From Squalus acanthias (taxonomy: Eukaryota): 64,000 nucleotides of DNA. This document shows, piece by piece, positions 22,995 to 34,895 of this stretch. Below the pieces are notes generated by a model. That model saw nothing but the letters and a program-made list of their open reading frames with translations, was not told where the DNA came from and searched no databases. The stretch lies in NCBI GenBank assembly GCA_030390025.1, contig CM059432.1, forward strand, positions 127,908,001 to 127,972,000, in the 5' to 3' direction. Both the position numbers and the translations under genes were made by a program. How positions within the stretch are numbered: position 1 is the first letter of the stretch; the number at the start of each line of letters is the position of its first letter.

Positions 22995-25573
22995 GATAAA
23001 ATTGAAGTGTCCTGTTGGGGAGGGGGGGAAAAGAGCCAAGCATTTTTGGAAACGTTTTAAAATTACTATTAATCCCTACTGAGGAGGGAGAAAAGATAGA
23101 TTGGTATATTTATCGATGTCCCTACGGGTAGTCCTGAGAAGAGGGGAGCAATTGGCACCATAAACATGCAGGTCAGCAGTGACCTGAGCTCCCAAATACC
23201 AAAACCCAGCACTGACTTGATAAAAGCAAAAGGGCTCATGAAGTGCCCAAGATAGCTGCATATTTAGAAGCATGGCATTTGCTGTTGCATAATTTTTGTA
23301 CCATGACTTACACCGTATTATTAACATGACTAGCAGCAAGAGATAGTTTATGTGTGATATAAAACATATAATTATCTGCATTCAGTAGAAGGATCCATCT
23401 GATAGCTTGATTGGCAAGAATGCTGGGGTTAATGTCTCACTTGAATGCTGGCTATAGGTTCAGGAGCCAAAGCAAACTGCTTAGAGGACAAATTACGTCC
23501 ATACCACCCCTTTTGAATATTGATGAGTATAGGTGAGAAAATTTGAAGACCCATTTGGTGAAGGCATCCCTGAATCTCATGGTCTGCATCAATAAACTTG
23601 AGACACGACTAAATACCTCTGCATCCAAGGAAAGTGCCAAACATGTGTAATCAAAGAAATTCACACATGGTGCTTTACGTTCAGAAGCCACTGAACATTT
23701 ATAATAGGAGTCTGTCATACAGATCAGGATGCACCAATTTAAAGATTAAACTAATATTTTTCCCTATTTGCTGAAATGAAATATTATTGCTACCAATTAA
23801 GACAGATATGACATTCAAATACCTGTGTATACATGCTGCTTTGATTGTTGTGACTGATGGCTAAGTGAAGAAGTGGAAGCATTTCCATATGTATGTCATG
23901 AAGCAAAACAGGCAGCATGATGGGTGGGGGGACACTCTGCCAACGCTGAATCTAATTCTTGATGACATCATAGCTATTATCAGTGTAAAAATAGAGTTGT
24001 GTATACAGTGGATGGGGAAAACTTGTACATAGATTTTTTATATTGGGATAATTTACTCTGAGTCTTCATTACGGGTTTAACGGGAAGCATAATCCATTGA
24101 AATGCTCCATAATTCCAAAAGCTATATTGGGCGATAGCTCCATTACACAGGTGTCACGCGATCCCCTTTACTGTTATGTTCTAAGCTTTATAACTGCTGA
24201 TTACAGGTGGCCTGGAAGTAGATGTTTTGTACTGAACAATGTATTGCTTAGTCTAAAGTCCCTAGCATAAAGGGGTCCAATTTCTTTCTTTAATAACACA
24301 TTCAAATGAAATTCCTTTGTCCTTTTAATTTATTGGAGATTTTAGTCCATCTTATAGATGCGTCCTATCTCAGTTAAGATAGGATTTGGGTTCACCTTGT
24401 TCTTAAACTGGGGAGTTCCCATGTTATGATTCACAAATATGCTAAGTATTTAAGCACTTTCATTAGTTTAAGAAAGGAATGTCTTGAGGGCAAGCCCCTG
24501 GCTGAGGTTCCATACCTCCTAGTGGCCATCTAATGAGTTGTGTTGATGAAATCCTGGGAACTGTTTTTTCTTTTGTCTAAGAAAATAGTGTAGTATTGGG
24601 AACCTGATGCTGAAGAGGTAAAATTGAAAAATGCTTGAACAACATAATGATGCAGAATAACAATTTGGGACAAGACACGATAAGTGCTGCATTAAAGATG
24701 AGATTCTCTCTTGCCAGTGTGTTATTAACCAAGGCACTGTATTCTCTTTGTAGATATGAAATAATTGGATGTAGTATAATGGTTGATCACTTGCCCTAGT
24801 TATAACTAATCAAGTAAGATATTTTGGCCCAGATTTTCTACTTTAGCAGAATTGAGTGCATCTCCGTTATGGTGAGGCTTCCGTTCACCACATATGTATT
24901 CCCTAACCCCCCAGGTGATCATCTGCCCTCAGGGTCATTTACTTATTTTTGGTGGGCTCTGTGGCCTGTTTTTTTTTTGTCTCTCTCACTCTTGCTCTCA
25001 CTCAGATTGCCTTACTATCATTCTCTCACACACACATCTCTTTTTTTTTAAAAAAAAAGCTTGGTATGAAATTTACGTGAATAAAGATTTTGAAACTTGT
25101 TTTCATTAAAATAATTTTTAAGAACAGCCGAGCAGATGGTGTTGGAAATTGAAAATAAACTTTTTTCTGGTTGGTCTGACTAAATGCTACTGATGTATTC
25201 TGTGAAAATGTGTACATGCTCATCATGCAGAATCTGCTTTCAGCTTTAGACAAAAATATTAAATTCAAGCACAGGATTTAGGGAGACGTTGAGGCCTTCA
25301 AGTAAAAATATCATATGAAGGACAAATTTATAATTAAATTTAATTGTTACTTTAAAATTATGTAATTTTTTTTCTAGTATTTCTATAATGTTACAAACCT
25401 TATTTTTAGCACTGGAAATTTTAGGTGCTGAGAAAAGAATGACAGCTGGAATATTTTCAGGAAGCACTATAGGTGATTTAATTCACCTCCTTTGTTCAAA
25501 TTTCTGACTTTGTTTCACCTTGACCTCCTTGTTGCCATTACCCTGGAATCTTCCTCCTTTCCAAAACTCCCAT

Positions 25574-25998
25574 GGCTCATTGGTAGCACTTCTGCCTCTG
25601 AGTAATATAGTCAAAGATTCAGGCCCACTCCAGAGCCTTGCGCACATAATCCAGGCTGACACTTCAATGCAGTACTAAGGAAGTGCTGCAATGTCAGAGG
25701 TGCCATCTTTCGGATGAGCTGTTAAATTGAGGTCTGTTCTTTGCAATGGATCCCATGGCACTATTCAAAGAAGGACAGGAGGGTTTTCCTGGTGTTTATC
25801 CCTCAATCTACATTAGTGAAAAACAGATTATCTGGTCATTATCTCATTGCTGTTTGTGGGACTTTGTGTGCAAATATAAATGCAAGTCTTTATATAGCAC
25901 CTTATATGACCTCTGGATGTCCCAAGATGCCTTGCAGCCAATTAAGTACTTTTGAAGTGTAGTCACTATTGTAATGTAGTAAATGCAGCAGCCAAATG
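25574..25998 (+). mobile_element. Deu-domain SINE followed by an inverted SINE tail fragment
   Basis: GGCTCATTGGTAGCAC head, CAGGCTGACACTTCAATGCAGTACT, CATTGCTGTTTGTGGGAC; 25880-25998 is the tail in reverse orientation. Confidence 0.7.
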
Positions 25999-27028
25999 AA
26001 ACTTACTTCCTTCCTTCACGTGCGTCCCACCCTCCCTCCCTCCCTGTCCCTGACAGCTTTCCTTTTGCACTACGTAGTGGAGAATGGGGAGAGATGCCTC
26101 AAGCCCAATGGGTGGCTGGACCAAGCCTTAAGCCCAATGTGTGGCTGAAGCAGCAGCTGCAACGTTTCAAAGCCGAATGGGGCTTTGGGTTCTTCGCAGG
26201 TGAACGTCCAAATTGATGTCAAGCCAGTTAGTGGGGTTTGGCAAGAGCTTGGTTATTTAGCAGTACCATTTCTTTACTAGTGATTACAGGACTACCTGAC
26301 ATACTTAGATTAGCTTTGTGTCATTAATAAAAAAAAAAGTGTCTTACTGCATTCTTTAGTTCATGAGAATTTTTTTGTGTTTAACAATAGTAAATTGCAC
26401 ATGTATAATTTAATTTATGTCAAATAAAAAAGCTAGGTGATGGCTGAACCAACACTGCATTTCTGTGAAAATGGAAGTAGAATAATTAAATCTTTTTTCT
26501 CAGTTAAACATGTGTAATCAGATTTTAAAAAGGAAATTTCAGCACCTGTTACAATACAGCATCATTACATGGTGCTGTCTGAGCTGCCTTTACTTTTTAA
26601 TTCAAAAATACATTTTAGGCCAAAATAAATGTTTTAGAACTGATGCAATCATTTAAGATCATTGTAAGAAGATTGGTTTATCGGATAAATTTTGTCCGAC
26701 TCCACCCCTGACATAGAACTTTACTTGACTGGAGCACAGATCATAAAACTAGACATGGAGGTCAGTGCACCTGATTCATAATGCTCCTAATTTACTGAAA
26801 ATTATTTTAATTACAGGGAAATTGAGAGCACCATGAATTTGCATATTCTCCCATTTAGGCCAGGAGTGAAGCCACGAAAAATGTTCCTTCCTGAGTTTCT
26901 GGGGTCAGAGTACTGCATGGACGTTTTACTTTGTAAACTGGCCCAATATGTTTTAATGAATTGGGTTTGGTGAGGAAATTGTGCTTCAGAAATATGGTGC
27001 ATTGCAAGGCTACAGAGTATCGATCTTC

Positions 27029-27942
27029 AATAATAAAAACAGAAAATGCTGGAAATACTCAGCAGGTCAGGCAGCATCTGTGGAGAGAGAAACAGAGTTA
27101 ACGTTTCAGTTCTATGACCTTTCATCAAAACTGAAAAAAGTTAATATAACAGGTTTTAAGCAAGTGCAGAGGCAGGGAAAGAGATGGGGAGGAAAGAATT
27201 AAAAGGAGAGGTTTGTGATAGGGTGGGAGGCAGGAGAGATTACAAGACAAAAAGGATGATGGTGCAAGGCAAAAGGAGATGGTAATGATACAAGTAAAGG
27301 CACAAAAGATGGGTCTCTGTGTGGAGTTTGCACATTCTCCCCGTGTCTGCGTGGGTTTCCTCCGGGTGCTCCGGTTTCCTCCCACAGTCCAAAAATGTGT
27401 GGGTTAGGTTGATTTGGCTATGATAAATTGACCCTTAGTGTTAGGGGGGATTAAATATGTGGGGTTATGGGGATAGGATGGGCTATGTTAGGGGGAATTA
27501 AATACGTGGGGTTACGGGGGTAGGGTGGGATATGTGTACTGTGGGGATTAAAGCAGGGACAGGGTACTGGATTTGGATGATCAGCCATGATCGTATTGAA
27601 TGGCGGAGCAGGCTCGACGGGCCGAATGGCCTACTCCTGCTCCTAGATTCTATGTTTCTATGTTTCTAAATAGGAATAGCAGAATCATCAACAGCTGCCA
27701 TCTGGAAAAAATGGGGGCAGAAGTTATGATCTGAAATTGCTGTTCCTCGAGCTTACGCTGAGCTTCGTTGGAACAATGTAGGAGGCCGAAGACACAGAGA
27801 TCAGAGTGGGAGTGGAGTGGAGAACTAAAGTGACAGGCGACTGGAAGCTGAGGGGTCACGCTAATGGACTGAATGGAGGTGTTTCGCACAGCCAGTCTGC
27901 GTTTTGTCTCACCAGTGTAGAGGAGACCGCATAGTGCACAGC
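27029..27942 (-). mobile_element. Penelope-like element, family B, with GIY-YIG remnant and decayed hammerhead
   Basis: CALCGLLYTGETKRRL...CSNEAQRKLEEQ; 14-bp TSD GAGTATCGATCTTC (27015-27028 / 27943-27956). Confidence 0.88.
27317..27668 (+). mobile_element. 5'-truncated V-SINE (HE1-like) nested in the PLE
   Basis: V-domain GTGGAGTTTGCACATTCTCCCCGTGTCTGCGTGGGTTTCCTCCGGG plus CR1-type tail; near-identical to 58913-59336. Confidence 0.88.
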
Positions 27943-29436
27943 GAGTATCGATCTTCTTCTGTTTGCTATCAGAAGACTGACAAAAGCAGTAAGGAGGGAG
28001 AAGTGAAAAAATATAGTTTAGTGATCCAATAAGTAACAAATGCTTAAGTTTTTTGTTCCATATTACAGAAGACCTAATTTTGAGACAAAGAAAAATCTAT
28101 TTGCTGACTACAGCCAGCTATATAAATATGAAGGAGGTGAAGAGAAATTAACCTAAATTTGGTTGGCCTAACACTTTCAATACCCTCTAATTTCAGGAGG
28201 CAATTTAATAGAACATTTCAAAATTGTCATCTATACTGGTGCAATAGATTATTCAATACAATACTTAACGTTGAGGAAAACCTTAATGACCTAAGCTCCT
28301 GTCACTCTATTTATTGGGAACACAATTTAAAGACTGTCCCATGAAGCAGTATGACAGCATTGACTCTCCAATGTACAAGTTCATTGTAATAAATCATCAT
28401 CAGTTGTGTGCAACAGAAATCTAATTAATGTCGTGCAGCTGGGTCAGACAGACATCTGTCATAAACTCTCTAATTACAGTAGCAAGCAATTATAATATTC
28501 TGAATGCAGCAAGGAATTATACTTTTCCAAATACGGCCTGACAGATTCAAGAATTGCACCCTGGAGACAAAAATGTCACCATGGCACAGTAATTTTAATA
28601 ACCAACAGTGGGGCTAGTATGAACAGATTTGCTTTGGTTGTGCTACTTTAGGTACTTTTTGAGCTTTTCTGCAGCTCCCTGATAACTTAGTTTGCACAGA
28701 TGGTTTGGTCTTGCACTCAGTGCAGATTACTTTTTAAGGGAAAAATGTGTTCATTATGAGCAACTGATTTTAATAAATTCTCACTTTAGATTTAATATGA
28801 ACAATATTTTTAAACAGTTGTACCTGCATTATTCCACGCAATAAATTCTAATCGTACTAGTTTGTTGTAATTTTTCCCTATCTTTATTCCTTTGGTTCTC
28901 GCTTCCTCTTGTCTTTTCTGAAATATGTCCACTTGCTGCATTTTAGTTGTAAATGTGAAAATATTTTGTGACGCCCGTTCCAAAAAAATATTTCCGTTTG
29001 AATGCAGGCTGGGCAGAGTATTGGAATACAGGCTCACCTCACACCCATCGGCGCTCTCCACGTGACGCGTTCCCAAGGTTATCTTGAAGGTGTACAGTGT
29101 TGAGTCTAGACACTTAAGACAAGTGTGGATGGAAAATTTTGGGGTGCTTATCCTGGCCAGTTCTTGTCCACTTCCTGTGGCTAGCTCAAGAATGGAAAAG
29201 GCAGAGGGTCCTTGATTGATGCATGCATGGGATGAAAACCTAGGCTGATTTTTTTTTTTAAATTGAAGAAGTTTTCAAAATTTTCCTTTTGAAGTACCTC
29301 CAGATTTGCAGAGTTCCATGATTTCTGCTATTTTTATCTGTTGTCAAAGTATTAAAGAATTTAAAACCTTTATGTGAGGAATTTAAAACCTTTATGTAAG
29401 GAAAATCAAGAGTGTGCTTTATTAGTTGTATAACTT

Positions 29437-30340
29437 TCTTTATTCGTTTGTGGGATGTGGGTGTCGCTGGAAAGGTCAGCATTTATTGTCCATCCCTAAT
29501 TGCCCTTGAGAAGGTGGTGGTGAACAATGTTCCCTCTAATTTTTTTTGGGTGCGCCGCCCCTTTAAGGGGCTGCGTGGCTCATTCAAATTTCTGCGCATG
29601 CACGGTTTTTCCATTGAGAAGCTGGCAAGAAGCCTGCGTGATAGGCTCAGACAGCTGCGCGACTGCGCAGCTAAATGAGTACATTGGTGGTGAGCTGCAT
29701 TCTTGAACTGCTGTGGTCCGCGTGATGAAGGTACTCCCATAGTGCTGTTAGGGAGGGAGTTCCAGGATTTTGACCCATCAACGATGAAGGAACGGCGATA
29801 TATTTCTAAGTCCGGATAGTGTGTGACTTGGAGGGGAACTTGCAGGTGATGGTGTTCCATGTGCCTGCTGCCCTTGTCCTTCTACGTGGTAGAGGTCATG
29901 TGTTTGGGAGGTGCTGTCGAAGAAGCCTTGGCGAGTTGCTGCTGTGCATCTTGTAGATGGTACACCCTGCAGCCACGGTATGCTGGTGGTGAAGGGAGTG
30001 AATGTTTATGGTGGTGGATGGGGTGCCAGTTAAGCGGGCTGTTTTGTCCTCTATGGTGTCGAGCTTCTTGAGTGTTGTTGGAGCTGCACTCATCCAGGCA
30101 AGTGGAGAGTATTCCATTGCACTCCTGACTACCTTGTATATGATGGAAAAGCTTTGGGGAGTCAGGAGGTGAGTCATTTGCTGCAGAATACCCAGCCTCT
30201 GAGCTGCTCTTGTAGCCACAGTATTTATGTGGCTGCTCCAGTTAAGTTTCTGGTCAATGGTGACCCCTAGGATGTTGATGGTGGGGGATTTGGTGATGGT
30301 AATGCTGTTGAATGTCATGGGGCGGTGGTTAGACACTCTC
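29437..30340 (-). mobile_element. 3' fragment of the second LINE family
   Basis: Homologous to ~17580-18320 (ILGVTIDQKLNW, MEYSPLAW). Confidence 0.9.
29525..29686. mobile_element. hAT-type MITE (162 bp)
   Basis: Ends CAATGTTCCCTCTAA / CTAAATGAGTACATTG; 8-bp TSD GTGGTGAA / GTGGTGAG; cleanly interrupts a LINE tail. Confidence 0.82.
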
Positions 30341-32239
30341 ATAACCACTATGCTACCGTACCCCATACACTGAATGGTGTTAGTATCAGTTAAGATTTTT
30401 TAAACTGTATCTGCTTTTCAAGTAAATGTAAAAGATTTACTTAAATAACTAGCTGAATAAAATCCCATAGTTGTATTACAGTGGTTTAGACAATCCTATT
30501 ATCTGAAGTATGCTTACAATTGAAAGTAACCAAATATTTTGGATCATATACTATCTAGTTATTGGGTTTAAGCAAATATGGTACGACAGTAGCAGTGTAA
30601 CCATAGCTTTGAACATTTCAAAATAAAGTGAAGGGAGTGTGGATTGATAAATCACCAAATCCATTAAAACAGACTTTTTTTTGCACTTACTGCAATACTT
30701 GTGTTTTTTTTAAAAACTGCTCATTAGGACTTTTTGTCAGTTACTGGTCTTGCTGTTTAATACAACTGCAGCGTTAACCTTGATTTGTTTAATAAAGCAA
30801 AGAGTAATGGAGGTGCTTAATGCTGACCTTGACTGGCTAAAAATACAGTGCTATTATGGTGTAACATATACTGTGTCAATACTGTGAATGTAAGCTTGCT
30901 ATGACTTTGGCCAGTTGTACTATAGTCATTCTTCACATTCTGGTACCTTTTAGAGTGCAAAATATAGCCAACAGACCTGGACTATGGTGCATGCTTTGTG
31001 TTGTATTTCTGCAGAGCTCTGTTCACTGGCTAATTTAAATTTTAATGTTGAGAGTTGTCCAAATCAGCTGTGCTTTTGCCTGGTTTAAAAAAAACTATTC
31101 AAACTTGGCTCTGCACTGGACTGCAGTTAGATTGCAGTCAGTGCGAGACTATCTCCTGGTCTTGCACTTAATTTTAAAGCAGTCAGATGACTGCGCTGAC
31201 TTAGAGTTGTATTACTGTTCTTGTATCCACGTGCATTTGATACTACTGCTTTGTGTCAATGTGAAGCAGTATGACTGGGCCATAATGCACAACCGAAGTT
31301 TCTTCCATTTGCATAGAACCTCTCGTAAAGAAAACTTTGGGCACGCTCAACAAAGTGGATGCAGAGTAGGGAAAGAAGTTAGCAGGGGAGGATGATGTAC
31401 AGTTGAAGAAAATACATTTTGAAAAGGTATAGGGATTAAGTGTGGCCAGCTATGGTGGATTGGAGGATGAATCATGGTTATGTGTGCGAACTTGCAGCTG
31501 GATTATTACTGAAGGTGGAATGACCTGTGAAGGGGTTTGAAAACTAGGACCGTGAACTTCAAATCAATTCACTGCAATTTGATAGGGACAATGGTGCTCG
31601 ATGTACAGTAACTTTCAGTAACTGGTGTGGTGAATCGATTGCAGAATAAACTATACAGTCTGTCTTAAAGTTGTGTATTTTTAACCAGCCACAGCACTAA
31701 ATTTTGATGTATAGAAACTTTGATCAGAAACTTGTCCGGTTAACCATCAACATCACCCTACGCCCACCCATCTCCGCTCCAGGGGAACTGGAATTTACCT
31801 AGAAGTTGCAGCCTTACGGTCTCCAGGTGAGTTGCTAGGACTAAACCCACATGCATGCCTGTCTGTCTCGAGGTGCATCCTTCACCTCTACACGCTGGTT
31901 TATAACGACTCGCTTTTTCAAACATGGAAGAATCATAGAATAATACAGCACAGAAGGAGGCCATCCTGGAGCATGGCAACAGTGGAAGTTCTCAGGAAGG
32001 ATATCCCTTGGCTGTGTGACTGTTCCTGGAGCAAGATTGTGGCAACAGTGCATGAAGCCACCATCAGGCTGCAGTCTCCTCTTTAAAACAACCCTGTTGC
32101 CAGGTTTCTCCACAGTAATCAGCAGCCTGTCCTCAAACACTACATCGCACAACAACCGGTCCCCGATAAATCTGCAGGAGCCAAAGAGCGCAGGACAGTT
32201 CATTGCTCAGGGCTATCTCTGGCACAAGGTGCTTTTAAT

Positions 32240-32743
32240 TAAAAATAAAAACAGAAAATGCTGGAAATACTCAGCAGGTCAGGCAGCATCTATAGAGAGA
32301 GAAACAGAGTTAATGTTTCAGGCCGATGACCCTTCGTCAGAACTGGAAAAAGTTGGAGATGTAAAAGGTTTTTAAGCAAGTGGAGGGGGGAGGAGAGGAA
32401 AGAACAAAAGGGAAGGTCTGTGATGAGATGGAAGGCAGGAGAGATTAAGAGACAAAAGGGATGATGGTGCAAGGCAAAAGGAGATGGTAATGGGACAAGT
32501 TAAGAAACAAAAGATGACTAGATAAGTGTAAATGGCAATGGCAGAATCATCAACAGCTGCCATGTGAACGTAAGTTCGAGGAACAGCACCTCATCTTTCG
32601 ATTAGGCACTTTACAGTCTTCTGGACTCAACATAGAGTTCAACAATTTCAGACCATAACCTTTGCCCCCATTTTTTTTCACATGGCAGCTGTTGATGATT
32701 CTACCATTGCCATTTACACTTCATCTAGACTCGTCCTTGTTTT
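32240..32743. mobile_element. Penelope-like element, family B, with inverted pLTR architecture
   Basis: Minus-strand pLTR with hammerhead (32308-32344), then plus-strand RKFEEQHLIFRLGTLQSSGLNIEFNNFRP* (32569-32658), then a ~65-bp inverted arm from 32677. Confidence 0.85.
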
Positions 32744-33098
32744 CAAATCCCTCCATGGCCTCGCCCCTCCCTATCTCTGTAATCTCCTTCAGCCCCACAA
32801 CCCCTGAGATATCTGCGCTCCTCTAATTCTGCCCTCTTGAGCAACCCTGAACCATTGGTGGCCGTGCCTTCTGTTACCTAAGCTCTGGAATTCCCTGCCT
32901 TAGCCTCTCTGCCTCTCTACCTCTTTACCTCTCTTTCCTCCTTTTCAGACACTCCTTTAAAACCTACCTCTTTGACCTAAGCTTTTGGTCACCTGCCCTA
33001 ATTTCTCCTTATGTGGCTTTGTGTCAAATTTTTTGTCTTAATACTCCTGTGAAGCGCTTTGGGACGTTTTACTACGTTAAGGACGCTATATAAATTGT
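32740..33098 (+). mobile_element. L2 LINE 3' end
   Basis: TTCAAATCCCTCCATGGCCTCGCCCCTCCCTATCTCTG...GCGCTTTGGGACG...GCTATATAAATTGTTG. Confidence 0.85.
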
Positions 33099-34063
33099 TG
33101 TCCTCTTCTCCCTCCTCTCCCTTTTCTGCCCTCCCTCCCTCCCTTCTTCACCACAAACGCACTAACTTTCCGTCTCATACTACTGGTGTATTTTCTGACA
33201 TATCTTGTCCTGCTTTGCCATTTGACTCTAGAATTGGAATGCATGTGCTAAACCAAGATCTTAAATAACACTCATACTTTGTGATTTACATGTAATGGTA
33301 TGTAGCTCGCAGAAAAATTGTCCTCTCTAGAATCATAGCAAGTTACAGCACGGAAGGAGGCCATTTCGGCCCATTGTGTCCGCGCCGGCCAACAAAGCTA
33401 TCCAGCCTAATCCCACTTCCCAGCTCATGGTCCCTAGCCCTGTAGGTTAGAGCATCCCAAGTGCACATCCAGGTACTTTTTAAATGTGGTTAGGGTTCCT
33501 GCCTCTACCACCCTTTCAGGCAGTGAGTTCCAGACCCCCACAACCCTCTGGGTGAAGAAATTTCCCCTCAAATCCCCTCTAAACCTTCCCCCAATTACTT
33601 TAAATCTGTGCCCCCTGGTTTTTGACCCCTCTGCTAAGGGAAATAGGTCCTTTCTATCCACTTTATCTATGCCCCTCCATAATTTTATACACCTCAATAA
33701 GGTCTCCCCTCAGCCTCCTTTGTTCCAAGGAAAACAGACCCAGCCTATCCAGTCTTTCCTCATAGCTAAGATTCTCTACTCCCTGCAACATCCTTGTAAT
33801 TCTCCTCTGTACCCTCTCTAGTGCAATCACATCTTTTCTGTAATGTGGTGACCAGAACTGCACGCACTACTCTAGCTAAGGCCTAACTAGTGTTTTATAC
33901 AGTTGAAGCATAACCCCCCTGCTCTTGTATTCTATGCCACGGCTAATAAAGGCAAGCATTCCGTATGCCTTCTTAACCACCTTATCTACTTGGCCTGCTA
34001 CCTTCAGGGATCTGTGGACATGTACTCCAAGGTCCCTTTGTTCCTCTGCACTACTCTACATTT

Positions 34064-34895
34064 AATGCGCGAAGTCGCACAACACCAGGTTATAGTCCAA
34101 CAGCTTTATTTGAAATCAAGCTTTCGGAGCGCTGCTCCTTTGTCAGGTGAAGTGAAGAGATGCATATAGGCACAGCATATATAGTCAGAGAACACTGCCA
34201 GATGATTACAGTTAATCTTTCTAACTGCCCTTTATCACACCTCGGCAGAGAGATAATCACGGCAATCAAAGGTGTGGATGGTGTCCAAACAGGTCAGTCA
34301 GGAAAACATTACATCAAAGACAATGAGGTGGGGTCACAAGGGGTCAAATGTGGCGAGCAGAAACTGATAGCCAAGTTCCGCACCCATGAGGACGGCCTCA
34401 ACCGGGATCTTGGGTTCATGTCACGCTACATGTAACTCCACCTGACGTAGAGTCATCCAGACTCAAGTCGTCGTTGGCTTGTTCTCTCTACACAGATGTG
34501 GCCGGAACTGCTGTGATTTCCAGCAAAAAAAGTTTTTTGTTTTCCATACAGACCCCAGCATCTGCCACATTTGACCCCTTGTGACCCCACCTCATTGTCT
34601 TTGATGTAATGTTTTCCTGACTGACCTGTTTGGACACCATCCACACCTTTGATTGCCGTGATTATCTCTCTGCTGAGGTGTGAGAAAGGGCAGTTAGAAA
34701 GATTAACTGTAATCATCTGGCAGTGTTCTCTGACTATATATGCTGTGCCTATATGCATCTCTTCACTTCACCTGACGTAGGAGCAGCGCTCCGAAAGCTT
34801 GTGATTTCAAATAAAGCTGTTGGACTATAACCTGGTGTTGTGCGACTTCTCACATTTGTCCACCCCAGTCCAACACCGGTATCTCCACATCATGG
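34064..34895 (+). mobile_element. Fold-back Penelope-like element (family A) with GIY-YIG C-terminal remnant
   Basis: Inverted arms 34064-34354 / 34564-34856; spacer encodes EQKLIAKFRTHEDGLNRDLGFMSRYM*; tail GTCCACCCCAGTCCAACACCGG; TSD CTACATTTAATG (34056-34067 / 34896-34907). Confidence 0.9.
34768..34804 (+). ncRNA. Type I hammerhead with variant core (CUGACGU)
   Basis: TCAC-CTGACGT-A-GGAGC-agc-GCTCC-GAAAGCTT-GTGA; the mirror copy in the left arm reads CTGACAA and has a 2-nt helix I deletion. Confidence 0.7.

Noticed and set aside
31760..32235. GC-richer stretch with overlapping ~120-aa ORFs
   Set aside because: No recognisable motif or splice pattern; contains a short CR1 tail scrap; probably an unidentified repeat.
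34160..34758. Duplicated small protein gene (MHIGTAYIVREH...) on both strands
   Set aside because: Consequence of the inverted arms; only the last 26 codons of the plus ORF are real PLE coding remnant.
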